DNA of 63,990 nucleotides, the filler included, from Lenisia limosa (lineage: Eukaryota > Protista > Breviatea), in the NCBI GenBank assembly GCA_001655205.1. It is 17 parts of 17 records of this genome, joined end to end, with 100 filler letters (N's around TTAATTAATTAA, not from the genome) between each part and the next. Parts side by side here need not be neighbours in the genome. Positions count along the whole stretch, not along the records: positions 15,564 to 25,695 come from LPNZ01005561.1; positions 25,796 to 31,111 come from LPNZ01000887.1; positions 31,212 to 33,417 come from LPNZ01001637.1; positions 33,518 to 34,629 come from LPNZ01004452.1; positions 34,730 to 36,272 come from LPNZ01009942.1; 12 more parts are not named here. One strand, given 5' to 3'. Under the pieces are notes generated by a model. The model was not told the DNA's origin and searched no databases. It saw nothing but the letters and a program-made list of their open reading frames with translations. Below, piece by piece: positions 23,201-36,372 of this stretch; the stretch's first letter is position 1; each line of letters opens with the position of its first letter. Both the position numbers and the translations under genes were made by a program.

Positions 23201-25660
23201 CCTTTAGATAATCATGAGGAGTGGTTTAGAGCGACAGGCAACGTCTTGGGTTGTTCTTGTGTTGCAACTGATTTCTGTGCTTACTGAACAAGGTGGGGGT
23301 CTTATTGGTTAATATTTAGCTATTGGAACACTCACTCCTTCATGGGACTCTTTAAACTTGGCAATGTTTCTGAGGCTTACGGGTATACTGTTGTTTTTAG
23401 TTTCAATGGCCTGGGCACAACTGGGTGTGGGTTTGTTTCAAAAAACACAGGTATGTCTTGGGTATATCAGCGAAGCTGTTTCTTACAGTATTTAGTGTTT
23501 TTTGACGTGTGTCGGAATGGCTTGTATTGTTTCGGCTTTGTCTGACGTAAAAACGCCCCCTGGATACCTGCTAATCCAGTTTTATTTTCTTTTTTCTTCA
23601 ATTGTTATGTCGTATGGTACGCAAGGGCGCTTGTCTGAGGAGCTTTTCCTTATGTATTCCTCAATATTAGTTCATTTGCCTCATTAAGTTTTCTGGAAAA
23701 GTTATGATCTTTTTAGATTACAACCTCAGCTTTGTTTTACTTCTTTCAGGTTTTTCGTTTTTCTATGGAGTCATTGCTACCACACCTTCAACTGTAATTC
23801 TATTGATTGGGCTTGTTATTAACCGGCAATACACATGGTCACCAATCCTATTAATTAGTCATTGTGTCGTTTTGGTAGTCCTCATTTTGTTTGCTGGTCG
23901 AAGAGCTGTTGGTATACCGTGTCTTAACATTTTAGATGGTTGATTTTGAACTTTCATTCTATGCTCGACAAAATTTTTCCAAGAGAGTTAGGGCAATATC
24001 AGTTTGTAGTCCTTCTTCTTTACTTTTTTTAGTCCGTTGTAATGGAAGTTGTCCCGTCATCTGTAACCTCAAGGCTTCTCCAATCACCTGGCTCAAGACC
24101 GGCTGATCATTTCAAAAGCGTTGGAATTGACACATCGTAATATTTTAGACAACTATTATTCACATCCAAATTGATGGGCTTGCTGGAAGTGCTGATAATC
24201 CAGATATGTTAGCATGTTTTATTGGTTTGTGTTTTGAGTTTATTCATTGTGTAGCTCAGACATTTCTTTTAATTGATCATGTAATTAATGCTGATAGGAG
24301 AGTTTTTAAGGTTTATAGTTGGGATTCTTATTTTCCAGGCTGAACAGGTCAATGATAGTATAGTTGCAGTGGTGGGTTCACTTTCAAATGAAGTGAGGCT
24401 TCGGTGCAAAGTTTCTGAACAATTGGCAGTGGAATTCGGCCTCAATGTGCTGCTTGCTGTGAGTCTGATCTGCTTAATTTTACTCTACAAGGCCAGAGCA
24501 TCAATACACCTCACAAAAGCTTCCACAAGGATACGTTGTGGAATTGTCAGTGGCAGGTATGCAGCAGTGTTCTGTTTAATATTACTAAGTGTTCATGCTG
24601 GAATTATTGGTGGAAAGCGCTCCTTACAATATCAAATGGCAGGTGATATTCTCAATTTCGCACGCCAGCTTTGTAATACCACTCAATGGGGTATGTAACA
24701 ATTGTGCATTTATTTTAGGACAACTGCAAGTGTGTCAGGTGACAGCCGCTTTTCTTGCAGCCCAACCTTCATTACCCCGTCGTCCTGAGTCTGTCATGGC
24801 CATTCATATCAGGGCGGTTCATCCCTTCACTCCTGTCCCACCATCAAATGATTTATGTCTTCTGGTTCAATCTAGTGGATATTTAGCGCTCAAGGGAAAA
24901 GGTGACTAGGAGGAAATGATTTCATAGATAATTTTATCAGAATACATAGGCACTTGATACTCTTAGGTCTCCAGCTTGCATTTTTGGTTCAGTACCCCCC
25001 TGACTGCCGACCAACATCTTTACCTCATATTACTGAACTTCTTGTACCGAAAGTCACCCCAGTTATAGAAGCGTCTGACATGATGGGTCCAAACTACCAG
25101 CCTATTAACACACGGGTAAGTAGAAAGGTTGAGTAGTTGACATAAAGGTATTACGACCACCTTCAGCCCAAGCAATTGCGGACCAGAGAAGGTCTCGTAG
25201 ACGGCATCGAACTCCTCTTCCTGGTGAAGCGTTTTGCAACTCACCAAAACCAACGAACTTTACCCCAAATGTTAGTGCTCTCAATCTCCCCCCATTCATC
25301 TGTCTAGTCCCTCTTCAAACAAGAATACAGCGCTGACTCCTGGTTTGTCTTATTTTTTGTAATGTCCGGGTGAATAGGAAAATTTTTTTGTTATGTTTAA
25401 TTATACTCCCTGCTCCCCTACTTCAATCATTTACCCCCCCCCCCTGGTATGCTTGGGACGGNNNNNNNNNNNNNNNNNNNNNNNNNNNNNNNNNNNNNNN
25501 NNNNNNNNNNNNNNNNNNNNNNNNNNNNNNNNNNNNNNNNNNNNNNNNNNTATGACCGTTAATAAGTCGAATTTTTTAACATTTCCCTTACTTTTTTAAC
25601 GCCTCACAGGTTTGTTTGGGTGATCGAGCGGTGGTGGGACTCTTCAAAGGCTGGCTCGGG
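23200..25660 (+). CDS. Putative multi-pass membrane protein; weak resemblance to a degenerate hybrid histidine kinase
   Basis: Several hydrophobic exons (23340-23940), then VVGSLSNEVR, GDILNFAR, VHPFT and a final WVIERWWD, loosely matching the HisKA/HATPase/receiver order. Confidence 0.3.
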
Positions 25661-25799
25661 CTTATTTTTGTTTTTTTGCGGTTGTCATCTGCTTTNNNNN
25701 NNNNNNNNNNNNNNNNNNNNNNNNNNNNNNNNNNNNNNNTTAATTAATTAANNNNNNNNNNNNNNNNNNNNNNNNNNNNNNNNNNNNNNNNNNNNATCA

Positions 25800-27150
25800 C
25801 CACACTCCATTTGACACAGTCAGGACCAGCATCAGGACTAGCAACAGGACTAGCATCAGGAGGTCATCATCTTGAGAACATCAGAACACATGTCAGATTA
25901 ACTCACATTTTAATCTTTTCACCTCCTGGCATATGGATAGTTTCTGGCTGTATTCAACGAAGTGAATTCTTTTTGCAGTCTTTCCCAATCCTATGTGATC
26001 ATCCAACTCAAGATGTCAATGTCGTCCATTAACTCTTGGACTGGGGTCGCATTATGGGCCGTTTGTGGAGTCTTCATTCGCCTCAGTAAGGTGGTTTAGC
26101 GTCTATGTCAGCTATTCCTTTTGACTGCGTTTCTTCTGACATCGTAGTTCTTCACTTTGTTCTTTACAAGAGCTCTGTGCCTGGTGGAGGGATATATTTG
26201 GATTGGTGGGTCGACGTGTGGCGGTTTATTCATATTGAAATATTTGACGGATACCTGGTCTTGGCCTTAGCCTCACCAAATTGAAATGACAATCAAGGTG
26301 GGCCAATTTGCTGGGATGCTTCTCCATCGGCTTCATAAATCTTTTGATCAAGCAAACACGAGAAGATGACCCAAAGAGGTGTGTGCCGCCTTGGGTGTGT
26401 GTGACCTTTTCACATTTTGTCTCTTGACTTTCGATGTGACTAATCCTCCAGAAAAATGTTCTTTCAGAGTGTGTCACGTGGCCTCTGTGGCTCTTTGACC
26501 ACTTTCAGTGCATTCGCTGTTTTTGTTGGAAATGAGCTTTATGAATTAAAAGTAAGATGGTCAGATGATGAGTTAAATTGAAATGTTGCCCAAATTTGTC
26601 CATTATCGTGTAGGTTGCCCTTGTAATGAACGCACTACTTGTGACGGTTTTTTGTGACAACTTTGTGTCATATGGGGAACATTTTCTGAAGTACTTACAG
26701 TCTAATAAAGTCGCTTTTGCGGACGTTCAAAACGAACACTACATTGAGGTTGGGCCATTTCAAAATCCATTACAAGTTAAAGATTTCCATTTCCCAGCTT
26801 TATTAATTGGAAACAGGAAAAGAATATAAAACCATCCAAATTTGGCATAATATTCGCACTACATCCTCTTCTTTTGTCAAGCGCCATCATAGGTAAGGAA
26901 AATGAAGGAATTTCTTTTCATATCACTGATCCAATTTTGCCAATTTCAACTTTTTCATGTTTAGCTTTAATTTTCTTGTCACAAGTTGGCGAGTACAGGG
27001 GACTCTCTTTTGTCCTTCTTATGGCGATTCCCGGGTGAGTTGTAATAGATCAATTAGGTTTACTATTCGTAGATCATTAACAAGAGTACTGCTCTCGAAA
27101 ATGAATGCCCCAATTTGGCCACTGTAGGGGGGGTCTGGGGGTCTTTATTG
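25800..27150 (+). CDS. Putative multi-exon gene, unknown
   Basis: Exon-like segments such as LSQSYVIIQLKMSMSSINSWTGVALWAVCGVFIRL (GTAAG donor) and ORF 26626-26829. Confidence 0.3.
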
Positions 27151-28065
27151 ACTAGAATTTGACCCCTTATGGATACACTTACTGCCAAAACCGAAACAAT
27201 CAAGCTTTATTGGCAATATAATTTGACTTTTATTGTAGTGGAACGTTTGTCGCCAATATGATAGGTACCGCGCTGTCTGCATTTGTGTTTTATTATGTCA
27301 ATGACAATACAGTTGACACTGCAATTCATAAGTAGGGGTGTTCGTGTTCAATTTAATCCCAGTACTTTGTTCTGAACTGAAGCTTATGAATTAGATTTGG
27401 GGTGAACCTAACTTTTGAAGGCGATATCTTGGCTGCAATCAGTATTGGTCTTTGCGGTATGTCTTTTGAAATATGTTGCATATAATTTGTTTGACTATTC
27501 TAAAATGACTGCTGTCAGGGTCGCTAACAACGCTCTCAACATTCATGGCTGAAATTCGAAATCTTGGAGGAATGTCTTCTAAGGGTGGTGTATATTTCTT
27601 TGTTTCTTTATCTACAGCAGTTTCAGTTGTCTGTGGTGTTTCGTTTTGGTTTCATGAGTCCTTCATCATTGAGTGAATTGAAGGGGGTACAAGAGATATA
27701 CATGAAGTTTCAAAACTGGATTGGGGGGTGTGATATTTGTTGCGAGAATTTATAGTCTTCAAATGAAGCTTAAAAAATCATAGGGTTGTCAAAAAAAAAC
27801 CCAAAAATAAATGAATGTGAGGTTTGAGAAAGGAGAAGTAATGCATTTTGTTATATGGTATATTATAGTATATCAGATGTAGAAAAACCCAATAAAATAG
27901 ATGACACATCTACAACTTAGAGACTTGATCTGCCTGATCAGCTCTCTGATGTGGATAGTTTAATAGAATAGTATTCATATTCGAATAAATCTGAGAAGGA
28001 TTGCCTCATGATAGCTATCAAATGTACATTAAATCAGCAAATGAAATCAGAATCATCCCAAGCCT

Positions 28066-29346
28066 TTACTCAACCTCCATCACAGTTCGCCTCCTCTTGG
28101 CTTGTCGCTCATTTTTGGCTTGGCGTTCTTTTCTCTTCTTATCTTGCTGGAGTTTCATTTGCTCCGTCACCTTGGCAGCCTAATTTGTCACAAGTTGAGG
28201 GGAAATTAAAGTGAGAATATAATCATTAATCACTTAAAATTGTTTAAGCTAAAGAAGAGATTTAGAAGGAGTACAGGAAATACATAATAAAAAGGCTCTA
28301 TTAAGTAAATGGAAAAGGCGTGGAAGGAAGGGATTAGAAGATCCTGAAACAGACTCCCTCAACTTATTTTAAGCGTAATTGCCCGTGGGTTCGACCCAAT
28401 AAGTGCCTCACCAACAGGAAATTTATTTCTCAACTTAGCATTGAATTCCAGAAAAGGTGAAACGTTTATTATGTACTTTTCACTCGTCATTGTGAGACAT
28501 TACTACCCTCAAACAAAGCCAAAGACCTATTTAATGTTCTTTTTTTAAGGAAAATAAAAACAAAACAAAAAAAAATAGCGGGGTGAGGTGAATTGCATTG
28601 TTGAAATAAAGCTGGTAATTATAAAATCATAAGAACAGTTCACTCGTCTTGTATGAAGATAAAGAGAGAAAGAAACACCTCACCCACAGCAGCGTGGAAC
28701 TCGGGAGTGTCCAGCTTCTTAGCAGACGTCTTTTTCATCTAACAGGTTAGTAATTAGTTGAGTTAAAACACAATAATCGGCCCAGAATAGTTTCAAAACC
28801 TTTAAAATGGATTCAGACTGCAATGTAGTTTAGGTCAATACGTTCAATCAAACCTCTCTAATAATCTTATTGTGATTCCTTCTTCGGTTCTTCAGAAGTG
28901 ACTTCGTCTTCTCTTTCAGAGAAAGATGGCTTTTGGGATGGAAGACAAATCCAGCATCAGCCTCAGCTTCGTCCTCTTCAGGCTCCTAGAAGGGGTGATA
29001 AAATTTGGGACAGGTACAATTGAAGACAGCGGATTAGGCTCAAATACTTAAATACTTTTTGAATAATACTGAAAAGTTCAGGAGGGAGAGAAGAATAAAA
29101 AGAGAACAAAACCACAACCATGTCATCTGCACGGCGCTTGAGACTGCGCGGAGCGGTATCCTCCTCCTCTTCTTCCGCCATTGTAGTATTCTCTGTAGCA
29201 GCAAGAGTCTCACTAGCCTTCTGCGCTTCCCTACGCTTTGCTCTCTTTTCAGACTTCTTCTTCATTTCGGCATCGTGCTTTTGCTCGAGCAAAATAAGAT
29301 CTTTGCTTCGTGCTTTCATATTCTTTCTGTTGTTTTTCCGTGACAT
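28066..29346 (-). CDS. Lys/Arg/Glu-rich small protein, 4 exons, family not recognised
   Basis: MSRKNNRKNMKARSK...RRADDM|EPEEDEAEADAGFVFHPKSHLSLKEKTKSLLKNRRRNHNKIIRE|MKKTSAKKLDTPEFHAA|AAKVTEQMKLQQDKKRKERQAKNERQAKRRRTVMEVE*, with phase-0 GT-AG junctions. Confidence 0.6.
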
Positions 29347-29667
29347 ATTGGAGAAAACGTAAAAAAAAGTGTGTGAAGGGAGAGGTGTGTGCCGGTGCCG
29401 GGAGTGCCGGGGAGACTNNNNNNNNNNNNNNNNNNNNNNNNNNNNNNNNNNNNNNNNNNNNNNNNNNNNNNNNNNNNNNNNNNNNNNNNNNNNNNNNNNN
29501 NNNNNNNNNNNNNNNNNNNNNNNNNNNNNNNNAGTGCTTTGCAGATTTGTTGCGGATATGCAGATATGTTGTCATGTCTCGCACCAACCTCACACAAGCG
29601 TAGTGAATACAATATGACAAATATTTCCTCAAAATGCATATCATACTACATATGACATCGCTTTGGG

Positions 29668-31000
29668 ATGGAATGGAAGAATGGAAGAGGCTATATTTGT
29701 GAAACCAATAACGACTCCAACCCAAAATATTACAAAAAAAACAGCATAAGACCAATTCGATTCAAGAGACTGTGGGTAACACAAGCTGCTGAGGAGACAG
29801 ACCTACACAATAGCTACAACAAAAGACTTATGAAAGCAAGAGGAAGAGAAACAATTAGGGCAGTTGAAGGTGATGAGTACGAGACGCAGAATTCATCATC
29901 GATCTTGGCAACAAACCCATCAGCAACCAAGTTTTCACATTGCTGGGCGGTCTAAAGAAATAAGACATGTACATTCTTCTTGAAATAGTGACAAAACATT
30001 ATATGATATGTAAATAAAATATGATATGATATATTGACCCAAATCCACTTGTGATTTGCTCAAACAACCGTTTGAGTCGAAATGATGAACGGAGATACCA
30101 GAGCTTCATTGACACTTTTAGATCAGTTGTCATACAAGTGGATATGAGGTATCACATCACTACCGTTGAACAAAGATATACTATGTGTACTTCTGAAAAT
30201 AACCCGAAATTTGATACGATGATCAAGTAAGAAATACAATTATTTATTCATTTTTACTCTTGAGTAGTATTAGTGATCTATTATTATTCGAATGTGAAAC
30301 ACAGTAGGGTATCAATTACTCACTTTGCACATTCTGCAGTCTGAGTAACACTGAAGTTGTGCCTTCAAGCAGTCATTATCGGAAGTACACTTAATTATAA
30401 GATCCATCATCATCCAGATTTAATGCAAACCAAATCACCAATTCCGTTTTCATTTGGAGTCAACTTGAGAGGCTTGCAGAACTCCTCCACACTAAACAAA
30501 CAAACGGCTTGATGCCGAGTCTTTGAACACTCCAATTGAATAGGGCTATAATTATTTATCAAAGGTTCAAAGAAAGCTGTCATCAGGAATCTTATGCTCA
30601 TACTCACCATTCCTCCTTACACGCTGCATCAAAAGAGGAAGCGGAGTTGGCACAAAGCTCCTCATTATGAGACGCCTTCAGGTCATATTGTGTTGAAGAG
30701 TATTTACTGAGGTCCTTGCCTCCCTATGCGGTTACTCAGAAGGCACCAAAGAAGCGACAAACTGAGTAGGAACAAAACTTGTCAGACCGTGCTGCTCCAC
30801 AGAAATCGTCATATATGATGGGTGCTTGGATGTTAAGAAAAAAGCAACACCAGGTGTGTCTGTTATTAGTTTTAAAAATAGCACTGCTAAGTAACTGAAC
30901 ATCAATATCACTCAACACAAAATATACTCCTACCAATGCAACTGGGAACTGGCGCTGCAAGGCAAACGGACGACAATAACACAATGATTGCTCCAATAAC
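29668..31000 (+). pseudogene. Degenerate coding relic, probably of a repeated element
   Basis: Stop-riddled frames. Segment 30066-30226 (RLSRNDERRY...VDMRYHIT) is homologous to 18725-18890. Confidence 0.35.
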
Positions 31001-31211
31001 CAAAGGTCTCATTGTTAAGATAAAACGAGAAAACTGTGACATATGATATTCCTCCTACACAACAGAAATTTGGACTCCATACCTGGCCCCCCATTATAAC
31101 CTGGAAATAAANNNNNNNNNNNNNNNNNNNNNNNNNNNNNNNNNNNNNNNNNNNNTTAATTAATTAANNNNNNNNNNNNNNNNNNNNNNNNNNNNNNNNN
31201 NNNNNNNNNNN

Positions 31212-31860
31212 TTTACCCCGTAGTTGGCCCGGATGTGGTGAAGACGGTGACAACGCTCCCCCCTCTCTCGCATCTGCCCCTCGCGACAATCCATCGCTTG
31301 ATCAAGGTCGGTGTGAAAGAATAGGCTAGTTAATTGAAAGGCAAAATAAGAATCCGTATGGACGGCTTCGGCCAGATACATAATCCAATATCACCTAAAA
31401 TTAATATGATGTGAATTTAACAAAACTAATTTCACTTTCTAGAATCGAGAAGATTACTCCATGATCAAAAACTTGTTCCCAAAATGATGAGGCTGTCTGA
31501 ACCCCCAAGACGCCCTCAAACTATACCCCTGATGTTTTGTTTGCAGTTTTACTTCGTATATGAGTGTTATTTATTTATTTGTTTCTGGGGGGAAGGAGAC
31601 GTTTGCTATCCTTATATTTTATGCTCATGCTAAATAAAATAATAATTGCGAACTGTGAAATGTTTTTGTGCTGAAATGGAGCTCTAATTGTTTCGTTCCC
31701 ATCCGTGATGACCATGACAGACGAGGTGGCCGGGGGGTGAACAAAAAATAAAGGCTGGGACGTGAAGAATACGGCTATTTTGTGGATGCGACGAATCGCC
31801 TTTTCTTCACAGAAGCAGAATAACACACTACTATGCATGTCCACCTGTAACTCCTCCCTT
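31212..31860 (-). CDS. Putative gene fragment, unknown
   Basis: GC-richer exon-like blocks at about 31216-31325 and 31680-31740 between AT-rich segments. Confidence 0.25.
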
Positions 31861-32089
31861 TAACGATAAATATTGACTCAATGTAACTAATTTAACTGTT
31901 TATACTTTTCTAATTGACTAGCTCAAACAAAAAAAAAACGTTGTAAGGCTCTATAATCTGCTGAATTGTGACGTCTGGAAATCGAAAATTCTACATTCAA
32001 AGATCAAAACAACACAAAACATCCCCAAAAACACACCACAAAGCCACAACAAAGATATCACAAAAGCAACACAAAAGCAAAACAATTTC

Positions 32090-33350
32090 TTAGATGGCAG
32101 CGGGGGATGTCCAAACTCTGATGAAGGGCTCAGATCCAGCNNNNNNNNNNNNNNNNNNNNNNNNNNNNNNNNNNNNNNNNNNNNNNNNNNNNNNNNNNNN
32201 NNNNNNNNNNNNNNNNNNNNNNNNNNNNNNNNNNNNNNNNNNNNNNNNNNNNNNNNNNNNNNNNNNNNNNNNNNNNNNNNNNAAAACTCCTTACAAAAGT
32301 TTAATAACGACTTTAACAACTACAACTACTTTAACTACCACGAACTACTATAATAACTACTTTAATAATAATTCCATGAAGAGCACACCCATTCCCCCCC
32401 ACGTATTTGCCATCCGGAGTAAACATCATTTGCGCCACGGAGTCGCCAACACTGCCAATGCCGATGCTGTCCACTTCATCCCCGGTCTGGACGGAGTAGA
32501 AGGCAATTCGAGAACTGTGGAAGGCCGCGATGACCTAGGGGGGGTAAAATTGGAAAATTAGCACATGGAATTATGTAAATTGTTAATTCACAATCATTTG
32601 CCTAGCTTTCTGCGTGCTGCATAAAAATAGCAATGAGAAATAATAAAAAAAAAAATACGGTTGTATCTGGCCGAAGCCTTCCACACCATCACGCTTACTA
32701 TTCATATTCCATCCCCACCTTAGAGCACGGTGAAACTGCCAGGCGCATGACGGGCTCATTAGTAGTAAACGCCTTGATCTTCTTGGCATCGGCTCCACGG
32801 TCAAACTCAACTGTGGAGTGAAATTCATAGAAAAATGAATACAATTAAAGAAAAATTGGTATAATTGTATTTGTTAAATGGGATGGCTAATATTCGAAGC
32901 TCTCACCATCATGGCTTCACTAGGGTTACAAAATAAGCCTGAATTCTCGATAAATCGGATAATTATCGATATTTTACCGGTCTTTTTGGGACCGGAGTGA
33001 AGCCCTACTACTCACCATCAATGATAACATTTCGAACACTCTCGATATTTTACTGTTTCATTACCGGGCCTACTAACCATCAATGTCCCAAATAGCTACG
33101 CCTTCTTTGTTGCCGGTGATGATCTGAATAGTAAAGGGGGTTATTTTTGACATATTATTAGTATCACATCATTATAAACAACAACAACAACATCATCATC
33201 ATCATAACATCATTGTAAAAAAACACGAAAACAACATCATCATCATTAACACCATCACTCAGTACCTTGGTCTCATCATCAGTAAAAACGAGAGTTTGGC
33301 AACTCTTTGAGGGGAGTACCATAACCTTTTCCGGCTAAATCGGTGAGAGG
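32090..33350 (-). CDS. TBL2: WD40-repeat protein, TBL2-like C-terminal part
   Basis: Spliced ...CQTLVFTDDETK|IITGNKEGVAIWDID|VEFDRGADAKKIKAFTTNEPVMRLAVSPCSK|VIAAFHSSRIAFYSVQTGDEVD...MMFTPDGKY...GSEPFIRVWTSPAAI*. The WDxDVEF/Y...RLAxSP pattern is typical of TBL2. Confidence 0.6.
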
Positions 33351-34301
33351 GGGAGGGGATAAAAGAAAAATACAAGAAAAAAAACGGTAAACCCCCGCTA
33401 AAATCAGAAGGGGGAGGNNNNNNNNNNNNNNNNNNNNNNNNNNNNNNNNNNNNNNNNNNNNTTAATTAATTAANNNNNNNNNNNNNNNNNNNNNNNNNNN
33501 NNNNNNNNNNNNNNNNNTCACGCTTATAAGAGATATTGGATTATAGTTTTTATTAATTCACCCAATCAATTGCAACTCTGTGTACACAGTTTTCCTCGTG
33601 CCTCCCCAGCATAATAATTTTAGTCCATATGGCTGTTAACACACGAATGTGCCCCTTCACCTGTGATAGCATCCATTTCAGCTCTTCCGGTTGCACGTGT
33701 AATTCTGAAAAGTAATGGAGAAAGGATAAATCAAAAAGTTAACGTCATCTCAGTTGAAAAAAGACAGATTAGAAAACAACAAAAAACACAAATAAAACAC
33801 TATTTGAAAACCCATCCCATGTTGAACCCACTGCAAAACGGAGTGTTGAACTGCAGCATCTTTGCGAGGGTGCTGGAAAGCACTAATGGTGGTGATCCTA
33901 AGACGGGTGATCCCTCCATTTGGAATACGACAAGGCGTACAGCCCGTGGGCTAGTTCCTTTCGTCTATCCTTTGTGAAGTTGTATTATTAATTACTTGCC
34001 AGCCAGTGTGAGGAGAATGGGAAGGTAGATGGAAAGTTTTCAGTCTTCCTAATCTGAATCAACTTTTCTTCTTTTTTATATTATACCCTCATCAGCAGCT
34101 CTACTACTAATGTTTGTTGAAAAGAGAGCTGTTGTGGAAAAGGCGATTGATAACGAATATATTGGAAAGACGAATCCCTAGGTTTTAGCTCATTTTATGT
34201 TTAATTTAGAAAATTCCATCCTCCTTAGCATCACCCATGAACCGAACACCAGATTTGTATTTATAAAAGAATATATAAATATATTAATAGGGGAAGGAAC
34301 A

Positions 34302-34629
34302 ATGGCATCAGTAGCCCAATATTGCCAGCGCCTGAGACAGTGCGTCGATGCTCAAGACGTTAGCACGCTTACTAAGATGCTGTCATTGAATATTTCAATA
34401 CGTTCAATCCAAGGAGCCCTTGCTGAGGTTTGAGGAGCTTTTCCCTCTCCTTCCCTTTCACTTTTGGCTCTTCTGTTGCTACTCTCCACTGATGCGCTCT
34501 TTTTGTAATTCTACTCAATAATATCATCTAATATGCCTTCCAGCCTGAGCAGAGCCTTGTACAATGCTCACGCTACCTCCCCAACCCTTGGGATCAAGTG
34601 GCGATCAACTTCCTCAAATCAATGGGTTA
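34302..34629 (+). CDS. PCID2: PCI-domain protein 2 / CSN12-like N-terminus, truncated by scaffold end
   Basis: MASVAQYCQRLRQCVDAQDVSTLTKMLSL...|PEQSLVQCSRYLPNPWDQVAINFLKSM resembles the PCID2 start (QYLQQV..AID..DG; PEE.C...LxxP(Y/W)DE). Confidence 0.55.
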
Positions 34630-34879
34630 NNNNNNNNNNNNNNNNNNNNNNNNNNNNNNNNNNNNNNNNNNNNTTAATTAATTAANNNNNNNNNNNNNNN
34701 NNNNNNNNNNNNNNNNNNNNNNNNNNNNNGACGGCACCTTTTTTTTTCCTCATTGCTATATACTATTGTATATATAGTACATACTATATGTAGTAATAAC
34801 GTAATATTGGATGGAGGAGGGGTATAATGTGATAGGGTGCTGCGAAAAACATGGAATCCCATTATCCTAATTTGTTCAG

Positions 34880-36272
34880 CTACCAGCAGGCGGTTCAGTC
34901 AGTTCAACAAGGCTCTAAGTCCGTAAAAAATGCCGATTTGTACAGTACAGTCAAGACCCACCCCGTGACTACTACTCTCAAGTTGGATGGGGGGGGGGGG
35001 NNNNNNNNNNNNNNNNNNNNNNNNNNNNNNNNNNNNNNNNNNNNNNNNNNNNNNNNNNNNNNNNNNNNNNNNNNNNNNNNNNNNNNNNNNNNNNNNNNNN
35101 NNNNNNNNNNNNNNNNNNNNNNNNNNNNNNNGGATAAAAAAAGTACCAAACAGTTGCGAGCTAGTGAGAAGCGTATTTTTTACTCCAATTTATGATACGC
35201 ATCTAGTATATGATATGTAGGGCTTCCTACGGCCCCGAAATAGAATTTTTCGATAATTTCTCGATTAATATCGATAAATTATCAGTCTTTTTCGGACTGT
35301 AAGAAACTCTTAGTATGTATAATGTTGTTTAGGAAGGCCGCAGTCCAGACCGGCAAAGGAACAGCCAAAATCGGCAAAAAGGTGAGCGAATAGTGTGCTT
35401 TAGTTTGGAGTTTCAGATTATTTGGTTCATGATGATTANNNNNNNNNNNNNNNNNNNNNNNNNNNNNNNNNNNNNNNNNNNNNNNNNNNNNNNNNNNNNN
35501 NNNNNNNNNNNNNNNNNNNNNNNNNNNNNNNNNNNNNNNNNNNNNNNNNNNNNNNNNNNNNNNNNNNNNNNNNNNNNNNNNNNNNNNNNNNNNNNNNNNN
35601 NNNNNNNNNNNNNNNNNNNNNNNNNNNNNNNNNNNNNNNNNNNNNNNNNNNNNNNNNNNNNNNNNNNTGACTGCCATGACGTCGTTAACTCAGACCGCTT
35701 ACAAACCCGCTTCGGAAGAGGAAATCAAGAAGAGGGAAATTGCCACCCTTAAGGCCGAGTATAAGGTTGGGGGGTGGGGTAAAATTGAGCCCCATTTTCT
35801 TGAATTTCAGGCCAAGAAGAAGGACACGAAAGCTTAATTTTTTCTTTTCAGTTTTTTTTAATTTGTTATTTTTGTATAATTTTCCTACAAATTATTTTTA
35901 CTCTCATTTATTAAATTTTAGGCCAAGAAGAAGGAAGACAAGAAGATCCAGAAAGAGGAATCTGGGGCATCGTCACCATCTCTCTTCAGTCGCATTGCAG
36001 GCATGACCGTTGCTATGACTGGAAAGGGTGGGGAGTTTGTTCGCAGATTATGCTGTATTGTGTTACCGTATGAGGCAAGTCCACACTTCAAACTTACCAT
36101 AGTAGGCAAGTCCACGCCTCCAGCCGAGCCGTCGGAAGCGAATTCCGAGGCTTCCGAGCCCTCACAGCCCCCGGCCGTCCAAACCGCCGCCAGCCCGGCC
36201 TCCACACCTTCTTACGCCACTCCTTCCTACTCCACTCCTTCATATGGGTCAAAGCCGAGTACCCCTCAACAG
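34880..36272 (+). CDS. Multi-exon gene fragment with Lys-rich and Pro/Ser/Thr-rich segments, unknown
   Basis: Exons YQQAVQSVQQGSK...; TAMTSLTQTAYKPASEEEIKKREIATLKAE; AKKKEDKKIQKEESG...MTGK; KSTPPAEPSEANSEASEP... Confidence 0.5.
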
Positions 36273-36372
36273 NNNNNNNNNNNNNNNNNNNNNNNNNNNN
36301 NNNNNNNNNNNNNNNNTTAATTAATTAANNNNNNNNNNNNNNNNNNNNNNNNNNNNNNNNNNNNNNNNNNNN

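Noticed and set aside
26170-26215. GGIYLD glycosyltransferase motif
   Set aside because: It is not followed by the DxD acidic residue and alternative frames are equally plausible.
28370-28415. tRNA-like GTGGGTTCGACCCA
   Set aside because: The T-loop is too short and there is no D-arm or acceptor stem upstream.
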